A stretch of DNA of 64,000 nt, taken from IMG/VR virus record IMGVR_UViG_3300042398_001307, positions 24,250 through 88,249 of that record; one strand, 5' to 3'. Below the pieces are notes generated by a model. It saw only the letters and a list, made by a program, of their open reading frames with translations, was not told where the DNA came from and did not search any database. The stretch is from a virus. Positions 62,543-64,000 of the stretch are shown in pieces (positions within the stretch are counted from its first letter, which is position 1; each line of letters starts with the position of its first letter). The position numbers were made by a program, and so were the translations under genes.

Positions 62543-63655
62543 TCATATGGATGGTAGTGCATCGTAGTCAAGTTCATCACTCATCGCTCCGATGATATAA
62601 TTTGTGCTTTCTGACTCTTGCAAAGCGGTTTGTTTTTTACTGCTGTCGCTATGCTTATTGAACCATGGGATAGGAGTAGTTTTAGGTGCAGTGCCTTGAT
62701 ACTTAATACCAATTTCTTTTAGTGCACCAACTGCGGTATAATCAACAAAATCTTTTAAAATATTGGCATTTAACCCGATAACTGGTCCTTTCATAAACAA
62801 GTAATCAGCCCATGCTTTTTCTTCTCTAATAACAGATTCATAAATCCCATATACTTCACGTTCTAATCTTACCTTAGCTGCCGCAAATCTTGGATCATCT
62901 TTAACTACTTGGTTGATCAAGTAAGCAGTCCAATCTTTATGCAACAATTCATCTTGTAAAATTAATGCAATAATATTGCCATTACCGATGAATAGTTTAT
63001 TTTCAACCATTGCTAAACTGGTGGCAAATGAAACCATAAACCTAAATGCTTCTAGTGCATAACTGGCATGTAAAGCCAACCAAATATGATCTATATGAGT
63101 ATCTTCATTATAGATGAAACTGATAGTATCTTTAACTTCTGTTAGACAGTTATATACATGTAATCTATTATAATATTTACCAACACTCGATGCCATATCG
63201 ATGATTTCTTTTGTATCATGAATGGTATTAAATACTTCTTTTGGTACATTATAGATATTACGAATGATATGACTATAACTACGGCTATGAATATTTGTTT
63301 CAAACATAGACCATATAGACATAAGTGCTTCTACTTCTGGTAAGCTAGAAACTGGACCAAAAATTTGAATCGGTGCTCTTCCTTGCAAACTATCTAAAGC
63401 AGTTTGTCTTAACAAATTACTAGTGAATATATGTTTAACCGCATCACTGGCATCTTTAAAATCATTTGCATCTTTACTCAATGAAATTTCTTCTGGAATC
63501 CAGTAAAACCCCCGTTGAGTTTGTTCAAATTTTGCTATTTTATTATATTTTGTTTCTTCAAACCGTTGAATAGTTACTGGCCCTGCTGGGTCAAGGAACA
63601 TTTTACGATTTAAATAATCAGTTTGTGTTTTTAAGTTATATTGCTGTTCTGACAT
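62543..63655 (-). CDS. nrdB: ribonucleotide reductase class Ia beta subunit
   Basis: WIPEEI, LDSLQ, ETNIHSRSY, LEAFRF, DELLH. Confidence 0.95.
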   Translation of the reverse strand: MSEQQYNLKTQTDYLNRKMFLDPAGPVTIQRFEETKYNKIAKFEQTQRGFYWIPEEISLSKDANDFKDASDAVKHIFTSNLLRQTALDSLQGRAPIQIFGPVSSLPEVEALMSIWSMFETNIHSRSYSHIIRNIYNVPKEVFNTIHDTKEIIDMASSVGKYYNRLHVYNCLTEVKDTISFIYNEDTHIDHIWLALHASYALEAFRFMVSFATSLAMVENKLFIGNGNIIALILQDELLHKDWTAYLINQVVKDDPRFAAAKVRLEREVYGIYESVIREEKAWADYLFMKGPVIGLNANILKDFVDYTAVGALKEIGIKYQGTAPKTTPIPWFNKHSDSSKKQTALQESESTNYIIGAMSDELDYDALPSI

Positions 63656-64000
63656 TCCTTGTCCTTATTCGTCTGGTAATCTTCTTTCGTGATAAATTAC
63701 TAATGCATCATCTAGTAATTCGATTTGTTTTTCAATCCTCCATTTTACTAGAGGATCGGTTTCTGTTTCTAATTTTTGTTTTAAGTGTTCGATATCGGTT
63801 TCCATGCATTTACCTTTATTAATTTTTTAATACCTGGAACACGTCTAATTAAGAATACTTTTCTACATGGACCTTCTTTCTTAATGAAATCGTGTGCATC
63901 AACATAATTCACAGTTTTTGTAAAAGGTGACTCTAATCTGATATACCAACCCCATGGTTCCATATTAAATTTGATATTTTTTCCGATACTTAATAATGTA

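Overview
AT-rich window from a large (jumbo, T4-like) bacteriophage genome, mostly transcribed on the minus strand from near-consensus sigma70 promoters and probable TAAATA late promoters. 1-19.6 kb is a translation-support island with about 26 tRNA genes (including a probable amber suppressor), a two-piece permuted tmRNA, Pth2-like hydrolases, YqeY, GroES, parvulin, MtnD and GIY-YIG endonucleases. Interleaved with the tRNAs are about 20 copies of a structured RNA scaffold (covarying AGGnnnn/nnnnCCUG stem plus a CAGCA motif). The copies carry interchangeable tRNA-mimic cargo: circularly permuted YrlA-like tRNA bodies, lone anticodon stem-loops, or acceptor minihelices. A cargo-less copy sits in the 5' leader of a DUF2828-type vWA protein that I infer to be Ro60/TROVE-like. 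Upstream of the array is a 46-codon leader ORF containing all 20 amino acids, coupled to an antiterminator/terminator. The rest of the window holds a CsgF/CsgG/curlin/FecR/CHASE2-cyclase module, heme oxygenase plus bilin reductase, ClpS/Hsp20/GroEL/DnaK, a helicase-methyltransferase fusion, bS21, RlpA, tail-fibre genes, PAAR, glutaredoxin and nrdB. All calls come from reading the sequence by eye; no database searches or folding programs were run.
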